A stretch of DNA of 64,000 bases from Macrostomum lignano (taxonomy: Eukaryota). Position 1 is the first letter of the stretch. The number at the start of each line of letters is the position of its first letter. A program made the position numbers and the translations under genes. Shown piece after piece: positions 21,801 through 33,276 of this stretch. Below the pieces are notes generated by a model, which worked only from the letters and a program-made list of their open reading frames with translations, did no database searches and had not been told where the DNA came from. The stretch covers positions 62,001-126,000 of the forward strand of contig NIVC01000190.1 in NCBI GenBank assembly GCA_002269645.1, written 5' to 3'.

Positions 21801-24369
21801 GATGAGAGCCAAGACACTAAAGCAGGGAGACAACCAGAGGAGCCAGCAGATGGACCAAGGACAGAGCAGGATGGACCGGGCAGGTAGGGCAGAGCTCAAA
21901 ACTCCAAGATTGGAAAGCGACCACCGGAATTTCGGCCAGATCTCATATACAACGTAGGACGCTTACAAGATTTGTGTGTCGTCTTGAGCGCATATCGCTA
22001 TTAACAGTAGTTTTGCCACTGTTTACGAATGCAATAGTACTTTCCCCCCAATGACCAAGAGTATGCAACGCCCCTGACTCTCGTGACAGAGTGCCCAGGT
22101 TTGATTCCTTGCTCGGCCACATTAATTTGAGGCTCGTCCAAAAGAAAACTGGCCTGGTGCTTGGGGCGATTCTTGCCCAGCACATGGGGGTAATACCTTG
22201 AGGAGTAGAGTATGTCGTATCTGTGTGCACGTGCGTGCTCAAGTGTCAGCAAATGGGCTTGACTGCATGGCCGTCTGACGGACATTGTCGCCTTGATTGA
22301 AGTTGTCCAAAGCCTTCCGCCATAGACTAAATAAAAGATAATGTACAGCGCACTTCAATTGGAACGATTTACAGGAAGTTTCAGTCGCTGCCGGTCCGTT
22401 TACCATAACCGCAGCGCGTGACGAGGTCATTGACTTCTCCGTTCCTCTGTTTGAAGAATCGAACGCTATTTTATTGCCGAGGCCGGCTCCAGAGTCTAAA
22501 CTATGGAGAGTGTTCTCACCTTTCACTATGAGCGTCTGGCTTTCTATTGTTGCAGCTCTGTTTGTCACCACCTTTGCCACTTGGGTCCTGGCCTATTTTT
22601 CACCGTTTACAGCCTACAACTTGAATCTTGAGTTTGCCATAGCTGATGAGGTCTGGCTTCAAGAGTACCTGTGGAGTGCGATAGGCAGCTTTCTGCAACA
22701 GGGCCAAGACTTCTATCCGTTTGCAATGTCGTCTAGAACAGCCATGGCGTTCTGGTGGCTGCTTTCCGTGATTATTTGTGGCGCATTCAACGGTGAGACG
22801 GCTTGATCAGTTATTACAAAAAGACTTTGCAGTAGTCAAACACAAATCGTTAGCTATAGCTTTACAGAGCTAGTTTGAACCACAAACTCACCAATAGGCA
22901 CTTTTATGCCCAAAGCGATGGCGTGTGCAGAGTTTTAAATGTAGGGGGAGCGTAACACAAAGGGGCCAATATTTAGTGTCTTGGCCGGTAGGCGCCCCTG
23001 TCTCTTGGTGGGCGCCCCTACCACAACGATGTACCAAGTACGACTGACACGGAAATTTGAAGTGACACCAGCGTCCATTTGATCTGCGACAGCTTTAAAA
23101 GGAAAAAGAAAAAAATGTTTCCGTTGGAGAGCAGCCTCATTGAAAATTCTCTACTAGACAAAAGTGCAAAATAAAAAATGATCGTCTACCAAAACTTCAA
23201 TTCTGTTTTCAATCAGAACAAAATGTACTAAAAGAAAACGAAAAACGAACCGCAATGAATCTTCTTCGCGTCATTTCAGGCGATCTGACGGCCCACCTGA
23301 CGGTGACTGTGACGCACTATCCCATCAAGACCCTGGACGATTTGACAGGACAAACAGAAATCAGACCCTACGTAATTGCTGGTACAAGTCTGCACACTCT
23401 GCTTTTGAACGCGGAATCTGGTGTCTACAAGAAAATCACCGAGAGTATGGTTGAATTGGGGCCTTACGATGACTGTCCGACAGATGTGAGCGACTCGATC
23501 ATTGTATTGCATTGTTTGACGCTTGTATCGGTGTAGCAGGAACAGGGGGCACGGTAAAGTAATTCCGAGCACAATATAAACGAGATCTCACTTTCATGAG
23601 CTCAAATTGACTTGAATTCCAGCTTACTGTCGTCAATTACTCAGCCATCGTAAATAACGTACGAAGCAGTTTGTCATACTAATCTGGTAATTTTCGAACC
23701 CATTTTTAGCCGCCAAATCCTAACCAGGCCTGCCTCACGGACTACACTTACCTGCTAAACATAGCCAGAAAGAATTGTACTCAATTTTACCTGGCCGAAG
23801 AATTGTTTTTAACTGCGCCAATTGCTTTGATGCTACCGGATGACGCGTTTTATGCGGAACTGTTCAACTTCCAGTGAGTTTCAATCTTCCTTAAAAAGTA
23901 GAGAGTCGGGAGCATAAACTCACTTTTTACTCCTTGCTGTTTCGATTCCTATTAGAAAATGGTTACGCGCAGAGAAAGGCGCAAATATTTTAGGACAAAA
24001 AATCCACTCAGTTGTATCGAGGAAAACATTGACATTCGCTAGATGAACCTAGGACTCTGCATAGGTGATCCTACTGTTCAGTAGTACCAAATAAAGAACA
24101 TGTTCCAAATTCTTTTTAACTCTGTTTGCAGCATGCAGAAACTGCACGAAACTGGCCAACTGCAGCGCTGGTTCCAGCTCTACTGGTCCAGCGACTCAGT
24201 CTGCTCTGTTGGCAGCTCTGCCGAAACCGACGCTATAAGCCTGGAGAGCGCTGGTGGGTGCTTCATAGCGACTCTCTGCTTCTACGGCCTGGGACTGCTG
24301 ATTCTATTGTTAGAGCTTGTCTGGACTAAGCTGGCTAAGAGGCAGCCGCTGGATTGCTTCTTCTATTGA
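18861..24369 (+). CDS. Ionotropic glutamate receptor / IR-family subunit, paralog 1 (ATD+LBD+TMD, 840 aa, 12 exons)
   Basis: Exons 18861-19104, 19252-19395, 19477-19590, 19726-20111, 20234-20386, 20471-20725, 20811-20917, 21001-21094, 22375-22792, 23280-23485, 23710-23873, 24132-24369; all GT-AG and phase-compatible, total 2523 nt. Motifs: signal peptide; DGNWG..FNGCVGELQRG; GPFTITAARDEVIDFSVP (S1 Arg); M1; WSAIGSFLQQG pore loop; M3 WWLLSVIICGAFNGDLTAHLTV; M4 GGCFIATL. Confidence 0.92.
21211..21933 (-). mobile_element. 723-bp retroposon insertion (SINE or 5'-truncated LINE) with (CAA)n tail and 15-bp TSD, in iGluR-1 intron 8
   Basis: GGCCAGATCTCATAT is duplicated at 21196-21210 and 21934-21948. 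A (GTT)5 run at the left end reads as a CAA tail on the minus strand. GC-rich body with no clear RT motif. Confidence 0.82.
22043..22340 (+). mobile_element. Possible degenerate tRNA-derived SINE
   Basis: B-box-like GGTTTGATTCC at 22098-22108, preceded by a weak A-box-like TGACCAAGAG and tRNA-like spacing; about 220-bp body ending in an A-rich stretch. No TSD found. Confidence 0.35.
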
Positions 24370-26072
24370 TTAAAATTTCAAATATTAGGCTACGTTTGGA
24401 CAACAAATCCAACATTAGATAATAACTTTGCACTGCGTAGTTAGAACGTGCTTTAACATCAACATTTTCAGTTTACTGGAAGCAGCTTCTATTATGCTTA
24501 TTAAATTTGCACTTGAACAGGGTGTTGATTGCATATTTCATGATATCATTAGAATTATTTTGACTATTAAGTGCACCACGAAACAGAAAAAATTTTTCTA
24601 CATAACGGTTGAGAAGTTGAAATCTAAGGGAAGTTGCATTCTGGATTTTATCATATCTTCGAATAATATTGCTAGAACTTCCATTGTGTCTCAATCTTCT
24701 CGAGTCAGTAGGTAAAATACTTCATCCTCAACAGTAAGATTTTTTAATTTGAAACTTTGTCAGAGATTTCTTGCTCAAATTCATCACGGGAAGCACTATA
24801 AAAGTACCAACTATAGTCGAACAGAAGTTAACTTCACTTTCTACTACCCCCCCCCCCCAAATAACGTGCAAGATGCTGCGCATTTTACCATCATCGGAAG
24901 GCCAAATATCGGTCAAGTGTTTACTGTCCCGAAATTCTAGTTTTAAGATCGAAGGATATGTAAAGCCTCATCCACCCACTAAGTCAGTGTCAGGGATACG
25001 AGCTACATCTTCTCTGACCAGCTTCACAGTTTTGTGGACGCTTTGCGAAAGCATGCTTGCCATGTTTTTCTCTTAGTCCATGTATAATCCTACTGTCTGA
25101 ATCTGATAGCAGGTTGAAAAAATTATCAATAATCATTGAATTATAAGTCACTGACGGAAAAAATTACCTCAGAAGAACTTCTAGAGAACCATAACATGGA
25201 CAACTAGAGTAGAAGGACGCTACACTCGGCTTTCGTGGAAATCGGGCTGGAGGCCAAATTTTCGCGTAAATACACTAGTGTGACGTTGTCAGTTTAAGGT
25301 GGTCCCGAAAAGGGCCGTTGGACTCCTGTTTCCCCATAGTCATTCAACCCTTCAGTTTCACCGTTTCAACTAAACTTTTCCATTTGTTTATTGCGACGTT
25401 TACTTGTAGTAGTGCCCAACGATTTTGTGGCAATTTCTAATTCACTGTATATTTTGCTATCCTCTCTCTCGACCGTATAAAATTGGCACGATCGATAATT
25501 TTAAGTTCTCTCGCCAGCCAATGAAAACCACTCGTGCTTCGCGCTACCCCCCTCTGCGCTCCTTTATTAAACCCCCCGCCTGGCGGCGGCACTCCTCACT
25601 CCCGTCCTTATCTGTGCTTCTCTCTTCCTCCCGGCCTGTCCTCGGCCTTGTTTTCCTTCTCTCTGTCTGGGCCAGCCTGTTTACACTGCCTGCCACTGTC
25701 TGCCACGGCTAACGCCAATCTCACCACTACGCATCTGCCACTGTTGTACTCATCGCCGTTACTCACCACGTTGCATCGTCTTGCATCACTCGCCTACCAC
25801 TCAACTACAATCTCTAACTCACCTTCAAGTCAAAACCATTGTTGCAGCCGCCAGTGCCCCAAAGCGCAATAAGTTCTATATTGATATTAACCGCATCGAA
25901 TATTGATCTCAACAATAATAACCAACTACGGCCAGTTTCCGGCCTTGTATGCCAAGTGCTCCGCTACACAAATCCGCTATCAAGACTTGACTCGATTCAT
26001 TTGGGACTAAAACGGCCCTTTTAAGGGTCACGGACAACATCAAAGGCCGAACTGCAGGGCTGTAGCCGGGAA

Positions 26073-27803
26073 ATGCGTGCACTCTGGGCTCAATTCAAGG
26101 ACCTTGAAGTAGTCGAGGGCCTATTGTACTTAGCCAAATCTTCCAAAGCCAAGACTGCCAGCAGGCGCCTGGTGGTGCCTGAGACCGCAGACGTCAGTCA
26201 TCTGGTCCTTCAGTATCATGGCCAGTTGAACCATTGCGGTATCACCAAGACGATGGCCGCCCTGAAGGCGCGCTTCGTTATCTCCGACTTAGATACTATA
26301 GTCAAGGGGGTCCTGGCCGAATGCACCGTTTGCGCTAAGACTAAGAAGTCAAAGCGTAAGCTCAAGGCCCCTATGCAACCAGAACTGTCCGGCTACCCGA
26401 ACCAGGTTGTCCACGTGGACCACGCAGGCCCATTCGAAGAGTGTGAGGGGTACAAGTACCTGCTGGTTATGATTGACCGGTTCACCGGGTTTGTCGAAGT
26501 AGTTCCTGTTCCCGACGTCAGCGCAGAGACCACTGCCACAACCATCCTGACTGAATGGGTTGCCAGGTATGGGGTGATGGAGCAGTTGGTGTCTGATAAC
26601 GGAACTGCCTTCATCAATAGTACCATGATAGAATTAACTAGGCTCCTACAGATTGACATGGGTCGGATCACAGCCCGTCGCCCTCAGGCTAACGGTAAAG
26701 CTGAGAGGATGATCCAGACGGTGAAAGCCCAGATTAGAGCCATCTGTCTTGAGAGACAATGCGACTGGACCCTTGCCAGCCGCCTGGCCGCCATGTCAAT
26801 CCGTGCCACAGTCGCCGAATCCACCGGATTTACTCCAGCCAAACTTTTCTTCGGGCGTGAGTTCGAACTGCCGCTCGACCTCTGTCACAATCCACCGCCA
26901 AATGAGCACTACCAGCCGGAAAAGTACGCCCACCAGTTGCACCGCACGCTAGTCGAAACCTCTGCCCTAGCCCGCCGCACTAGGGGTAAGGCCCAGGAAA
27001 GGCAGAAAAGGTATTACGACCGCCGCGCCCTCCGCGCTGAGTTCCACGAGGGAGAATTAGTCTGGGTCTTGAACCCGAATCACAAGGGCATAGAACCCGC
27101 TGTGTGGTTGGGGCCATACCGAGTAGTACAGCGCTGCTCCGAGCGGACTTACCGTTTAGTCCCCGAGTATGGTCTCCTAAACCCAGCAGATCGGGTGCCA
27201 AATCCGCGCCATAACATTTACAACATTGACCGTCTCAAACCGTGTATCAGACAGCCCACTTACCAAGACGTAGTTGACCGGTATGGTGAGGCCACCCATG
27301 CCAGGTCTCCAGCACCTAGTGTGAACCCGCCAAACGGACCCACGAGCGAGCTTAGCCTCGTCACCATTCCCCAGCCTCCCTCTGCCCGGCCAGAGAGCCC
27401 ACGCAGAACGCCAGGGCCAAATCCACCACCGCCAGCTTCAGGCGCCTTTGAGGAGGGGGCGGGAGCTGCTGCGGGAGAAGGCCAACCATTCGCCGAAGCT
27501 GGCGATGCTGTAGCCATTGAGGGACAGCCACAGCCAGACACTGACACTGACAGCACAGACACTGACACCAGCCATAGCCAAGACAGCTCAGAATCGCTGT
27601 ACACGGCCTCCTTGGGGGACCCCTCCTCCGAGCAAATAGAACCACCTGAGATTGCTGCGAATCCAGTCGCTGCGCAAGCAGCTGAACCACCAGCCCCGGC
27701 TGACGTACCCAGATCCAGGTACGGACGCCCCATCCGCCCGCCTGTCAGGTACCGGACCTGTCAGGTGTCCGACCTGCTCCAGCAGTGGGGAAGCAGACAC
27801 TAG
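26073..27803 (+). CDS. Gypsy integrase ORF (576 aa from the first ATG; remnant of pol)
   Basis: HHCC zinc domain (YHGQLNHCG...ECTVC), DDE core (VHVDHAGP, LVSDNGTAF, NGKAERM), SH3-like WLGPYRV and a Pro/acidic tail; uninterrupted. Confidence 0.93.
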   Translation: MRALWAQFKDLEVVEGLLYLAKSSKAKTASRRLVVPETADVSHLVLQYHGQLNHCGITKTMAALKARFVISDLDTIVKGVLAECTVCAKTKKSKRKLKAPMQPELSGYPNQVVHVDHAGPFEECEGYKYLLVMIDRFTGFVEVVPVPDVSAETTATTILTEWVARYGVMEQLVSDNGTAFINSTMIELTRLLQIDMGRITARRPQANGKAERMIQTVKAQIRAICLERQCDWTLASRLAAMSIRATVAESTGFTPAKLFFGREFELPLDLCHNPPPNEHYQPEKYAHQLHRTLVETSALARRTRGKAQERQKRYYDRRALRAEFHEGELVWVLNPNHKGIEPAVWLGPYRVVQRCSERTYRLVPEYGLLNPADRVPNPRHNIYNIDRLKPCIRQPTYQDVVDRYGEATHARSPAPSVNPPNGPTSELSLVTIPQPPSARPESPRRTPGPNPPPPASGAFEEGAGAAAGEGQPFAEAGDAVAIEGQPQPDTDTDSTDTDTSHSQDSSESLYTASLGDPSSEQIEPPEIAANPVAAQAAEPPAPADVPRSRYGRPIRPPVRYRTCQVSDLLQQWGSRH

Positions 27804-27815
27804 CCGCCAGTTTTT

Positions 27816-27960
27816 CACGCCCCGGGCAAGGCGTAAAACTACCTCCTGTGGCACCTGCCGGCCACAGGTCACTGCGGCACCTGTAGACCGCAAGCTCACG
27901 CCCCGGGCAAGGCGTAAAACTACCTCCTGTGGCACCTGCCGGCCACAGGTCACTGCGGCA
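27816..27960 (+). repeat. Two identical 64-bp direct repeats (81-bp period) after the integrase stop
   Basis: Copies at 27816-27879 and 27897-27960. Confidence 0.93.
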
Positions 27961-28714
27961 TTTGCCAGCCACAGACCACAAAACACAAGCCACAAGCCAA
28001 ACTAGTTAATTCAAAAGTAAACTAACTTAAAATTAATTCATAAAGCACTTTATGGTCAAAATATAATTATGACATGAATATTATAAATATAAAAGTTGTC
28101 AAAAATATTCTGTAGTAGTTCTCTGCCTGCATCGGCGTTGCCATAGTCTATAAGGTACACAAGGGCGCGCATGCCCCTGTAAGCCTAATATGACGACAAT
28201 ATGAATAATATATATAAATAGTGATGGCATGAATAGTATAAACATTATAGCAATGGCAAAAATAATTAAAATAATTGATAGCTTAGAATAATCCTATTGC
28301 ACCCGTTCGGTGTTGCCGAAGTCGATGAAATGTATAAGTGCGTCATCTCTGACGTTAATACCTCAAAACCATGTGATGTGCAATATACGGTTGGTAATTA
28401 AGCATAACTACTGGCGACGAATAAAACTCATAAATAACTCAAAAAGAAAATAAAAACTGAAAAAAAGCCATTGAAAACTCGGAAAAAATGCATATAGGAA
28501 TATAGCTAGCTCAGTTCGCTACTCAGCCTATTGACGAGTGCAGCGTAACGCTGCGCAACTGGCTGATCAGGTCAGCGTCGTTTACTTCAAAAATCAGCTG
28601 CAGTTTATCATTAAATTTAGCAAATTTCGTGGGTGTCCGAATAATCATAGGTATATATATCTTGTGTGGGGTAAAAGTAAGCACTATGCACATACACACA
28701 CACCGCACGCACGC

Positions 28715-29035
28715 TCTCTCTGCCTTTGGCGCGTAGCGCCATCCTCTGCCTTGGCGCGTTGCGCCGTTCCTGCCTGGCGCGTAGCGCCATCCTCTGCCTT
28801 GGCGCGTGGCGCCGTTCTCTGCCTTGGCGCGTGGCGCCGTTCTCTGCCTGGCGCGCTGCGCCGTTCCCGCCTGGCGCGTGGCGCCGTTCTCTGCCGTGGC
28901 GCGTGGCGCCGTTTCCTGCCTTGGCGCGCTGCGCCGTTCTTTGCCTTGGCGCGCTGCGCCGTCTCCGCCTTGGGCGCTCCTGCGCCGGTTTCCTTCCGCC
29001 TTGGCGCGCCGCGCCGTGTCCCGCCGCCCTTGACG
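28715..29035. repeat. GC-rich degenerate tandem array (TGGCGCGTGGCGCCGTTCTCTGCCT-like) inside the Gypsy 3' region
   Basis: Recurrent GGCGCG/GCGCCG units; generates overlapping low-complexity ORFs on both strands. Confidence 0.85.
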
Positions 29036-32000
29036 CTTGTCGTCGTTGCCCGCAGTTGTCCGGACTGTGTCTCTGTTTCGTGCCTCTGCTCTGCATCCTT
29101 TGCCTCATCCATCTGTCATCCTTGTTCTGTGTTTTGCCTCACCCATCGTATCACTTCTGCGCGTCCTTTGTCGTTTTGTGTTCGCGCGCGCCGCGCGCTC
29201 CGTCGTGCACCACTTTCCGTAACCACTGTCATATTTTTGTTCTGTTTTTGTAACACCACCATGTTGTATTGCTCGTGCTCACCGCGTTCTACTGCCCTGT
29301 AATATTCTGCTCCCGTAATAGTCTGTAGCCTTTGGAACTTTGTAATTTTGTCCGGTAATCATATACTCCTTCATACTACTCAAGCTCCCTGTAATTCGCT
29401 CTGCTATAATTTCATACGCTGCGGTCACGTTGTGTTTTTCTTGCCGTCACCCCGCGTGTTGGTTTTCTTTTTGCGCGACCCTATCCTTTTTCGGAAGGGA
29501 GGCGGGTGTGACGTTGTCAGTTTAAGGTGGTCCCGAAAAGGGCCGTTGGACTCCTGTTTCCCCATAGTCATTCAACCCTTCAGTTTCACCGTTTCAACTA
29601 AACTTTTCCATTTGTTTATTGCGACGTTTACTTGTAGTAGTGCCCAACGATTTTGTGGCAATTTCTAATTCACTGTATATTTTGCTATCCTCTCTCTCGA
29701 CCGTAAAAAATTGGCACGATCGATAATTTTAAGTTCTCTCGCCAGCCAATGAAAACCACTCGTGCTTCGCGCTACCCCCCTCTGCGCTCCTTTATTAAAC
29801 CCCCCGCCTGGCGGCGGCACTCCTCACTCCCGTCCTTATCTGTGCTTCTCTCTTCCTCCCGGCCTGTCCTCGGCCTTGTTTTCCTTCTCTCTGTCTGGGC
29901 CAGCCTGTTTACACTGCCTGCCACTGTCTGCCACGGCTAACGCCAATCTCACCACTACGCATCTGCCACTGTTGTGCTCATCGCCGTTACTCACCACGTT
30001 GCATCGTCTTGCATCACTAGCCTACCACTCAACTACAATCTCTAACTCACCTTCAAGTCAAAACCATTGTTGCAGCCGCCAGTGCCCCAAAGCGCAATAA
30101 GTTCTATATTGATATTAACCGCATCGAATATTGATCTCAACAATAATAACCAACTACGGCCAGTTTCCGGCCTTGTATGCCAAGTGCTCCGCTACACAAA
30201 TCCGCTATCAAGACTTGACTCGATTCATTTGGGACTAAAACGGCCCTTTTAAGGGTCACGGACAACATCAAATAACGTGACACTAGCGAGATAGAAGAAT
30301 ATATTATTTTTCATGCGAAATAGGCAGCTAAATTTGATTCCAAGAAGCAGTGAAGTTCTTATTTTGATATAAGTTGAAAGAGTTATTACTTTGTTGAATT
30401 TTATATGGCTTTCATCGCGAAAGTGTAGCATTCTATTTTTTCATTTACATTATAACTATAGGCCTAATTATAAGGTATACTCTACTCTAGTAGGCCTGTG
30501 GCCTATCTAGTAGTATAGTATTCCCTACTATTATTAATAGGCTCTGCATGTCATTGTCTGCAGGACAATGACCAAGCCAGTCTATACATCCTATCTGTAG
30601 CTAGTAGATCTTAAATCTCATGCCTATAGCCTATGATCAATATAGCTACTTAGTATATTACAAGAGTTGCAATCTAGAGTGTTATGGATATTCATTCATT
30701 CAAGCATACAAACCCAACCTTAGAGATTTTGTATATTTAGATAGGGTAGCTTTAATTTTTGTTTACTTTGATTTGAAATGATTGTTTTATAATAGAAAAC
30801 TACCCACTGGTTCACACGACCTCGAAACGACATCGAATCAAGCAGTATACCTCGATTTGACTATATTCTGGTTTTTCCAACAATTTGTTTATATAAACCA
30901 TCCCCGTGGTGTCGAATGTATTAAAAAACATAGATTTTTTTAAAATTAAAATGATAAAGTGTGACGTAATGACATCGTATCCATGCCGTAAAGTAGGACC
31001 TCGTTTGTACGATAATTAACTTCGATAAGAAGTTGATAGTTCAAATTTTTGACAACAAAAAACATGTATTAAAATGAAAGTACCACTGTTAATTCAAAGA
31101 TTTTTATAATCATTTTTTACCAGTTATGTTTTAGCATTAACGAACAATAAAGAGTATTTTTTTCAATTGTTATAGTACGTTTATTAAATATGGACAGACT
31201 AGTCTATCTGCGGTTTTAAATTATTTTCCAGACCTACGACGGCCCTCTATACACGTGCGTGCGGACGTGTCAGTATAGAGTATAGTCTACAAATGATTAT
31301 CTTTGCTGCGCTAGAATTGTTATTGAAAGATAAAGTTAAAAAGTAATATACACTGCGTTTCAAATAAGCTTGTCTAATATAGTTCATAATAAACTTTCAT
31401 TCTTTATTTTTCATTTTTTTTAAAATATTGAAAAAAATGAATGTTTCAAAAACATTCATTTTTGAATTCATTGCTTATATTCAAATTCATTTATATTATA
31501 GTTATACTTAATTTTATGTTCATAATTTGAGTAAGATACTGTGTCTAACTCTATATTTTAATAAAAGTTTAATTTCCTCTTACTGGAGACTCCAAGCCTA
31601 GTAGATTCTGAAAGCATGGGCAGCAGGCAGTGGAGCTTGTGACACCGGGGGCACATACCCACCTCCCCTAGAAAATAAGTCCATATGGAAATTTTAGTGC
31701 TTTTTCTTATTTTAGCCTTTAATTAGCAGCTTATAAAGGTACATGTGGCCCACTTTCTTTGTGCCCAATGCCCCCCTTAAATATTAGGCTCCACTGCCCC
31801 TGTCTGAATGTTAAAAAATTCAAAGTTGTGTAATATAAATTTTAATTTTTGTCAAGATTAATAAATATACTGCTTATTTAAACTTCTATTTTTAGTGAGT
31901 GAACATTTACTTTATTGCTTAACATAGTTTTTTAAAAGAATTTTCATAGAGCAAAACAAGTTTGTTTATGTAAAATATATATTAAATGAAAGTAGTGCAT

Positions 32001-32257
32001 TCAAGTATTTTTCAATTCCACATAGCTGGCCTATATAGACAAGTTTTGGCCTACAATTCGGTTTTTATATTTTATTATATGACACATTCTATGAATGTTT
32101 TATGTTTACTATACAAATTATCTTTTATTTTAATTTTATTTAGACATCATAATATCAATCATATATTTCATGTATATGATATTAACTAGTATTTTTTATA
32201 TCTATGAATAACTTGTAGCATCCAAGTGTTTTAGTTATTAGGCCTAGTAGAAATAAG

Positions 32258-33276
32258 GGCATTCTTTCGTTTTACGATCCCTGAGCAGGTCAAGTTTTAT
32301 CTTATGATCCCCAAAAAAAAGAGTTGAAAAGACACTCTAGTTTATCAAAAAGTACATTTCACATTTATTTTTCAAGAAAAAAATCACTGCAACTTACTTT
32401 CTAGTCAACTTAAATCATCACTGCAACTTACTTTTCAGTCAACTTGAGGATTGTGGGTGTAGCATAGTTATGAAAGCATATAGCTTATATTCACTTTGTC
32501 ATACAATCATTTAAATGGTGAAATTATGTGTAGAATGATCGCAGGACAAAACCAAAAGAGCTTGTAGGTTTTGAATTATGATCACCGCATTAGTAGAATT
32601 GTATTGAAGGGATTGTATGATGAAAGTGAATGGATTGCTATGTCCTAAATTGCTATATTAACTGATCATTGTCACTCTATGGACTGTATCTTAAAACTGT
32701 ATTTGTTATAAAATTTGCATGCGTCGGTGTACACTGCCCCCCCTCACTTTTGTTATACAATCACCCCTTGGTATAACACATAGGTCCAATGAACTGGGGG
32801 ATCGTTAGACAAAAGTTAGGGGGTACCCAAAAAGGGTGCAATATAGTTTATTTAGTAAAAAATGCTTCTTATGTGCGCCACAGGGACTTGGCTTTCTATT
32901 TACAGACATATTGTAGAGAGGCTAGCTGCAATTGATTGTTTAGTTAAAATGTCTATTATAGCAACAATTTTCTACCATTTTGTCATACAATCCCTCCAAT
33001 ACAATTTTAACATTAATGTGATCATAATTCAAAAACCTACAAGCTTTTTCAGTTTTGTCTTGCAATCATCTACATATAATTTCACTATTTAAATGATCAT
33101 ATGATGAAAGCAAATATAAGGACACTTCTAACTTCTGTAGGACACAAGATTTTATATTAAAATGATATGCTTAGAAGTGGTCCTATTTTGAACTTTGATT
33201 TGTCTTCTGTGGGGGATTGTATAACAAAAGTCCCAACTCCCATAGGGACAGTGCTGGGTCAAAACAAAAGAATGCC
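32258..33276. mobile_element. Foldback/MITE-like inverted-repeat element inside transposon A
   Basis: Outer IR GGCATTCTTTCGTTTT (32258-32273) / AAAACAAAAGAATGCC (33261-33276). Long inner IR about 32485-32625 versus 32977-33120, roughly 80% similar by eye. Confidence 0.6.

Larger units (their letters stand above)
25279..30282 (+). mobile_element. Gypsy/Ty3 LTR retrotransposon, internally deleted (no PBS, gag, PR, RT or RH)
   Basis: 5' LTR 25279-26044 lacks the last 10 bp; 3' LTR 29507-30282 is 776 bp (TGTGACGTT...AACGTGACA). I counted 3 mismatches between the LTRs by eye. PPT GGAAGGGAGGCGGG lies immediately before 29507. 4-bp TSD CTAG at 25275-25278 and 30283-30286. Confidence 0.93.

Noticed and set aside
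22043-22117. Functional tRNA gene
   Set aside because: The B-box is mutated, the A-box is weak and no clean cloverleaf forms; kept only as a possible SINE head.
24728-25080. Minus-strand reading LTDIWPSDDGKMRSILHV resembling the first catalytic-Asp motif of a hAT transposase
   Set aside because: Short, interrupted by a stop and poly-G, and lacking supporting motifs.
25425-26024. ORFs of 61-112 aa duplicated at 29749-30252
   Set aside because: They are chance frames within the two LTRs.
28523-29302. Overlapping 142-254 aa Arg/Ala-rich ORFs on both strands, a possible env or antisense gene
   Set aside because: Products of a GC-rich tandem array; no TM, signal peptide or domain motif.
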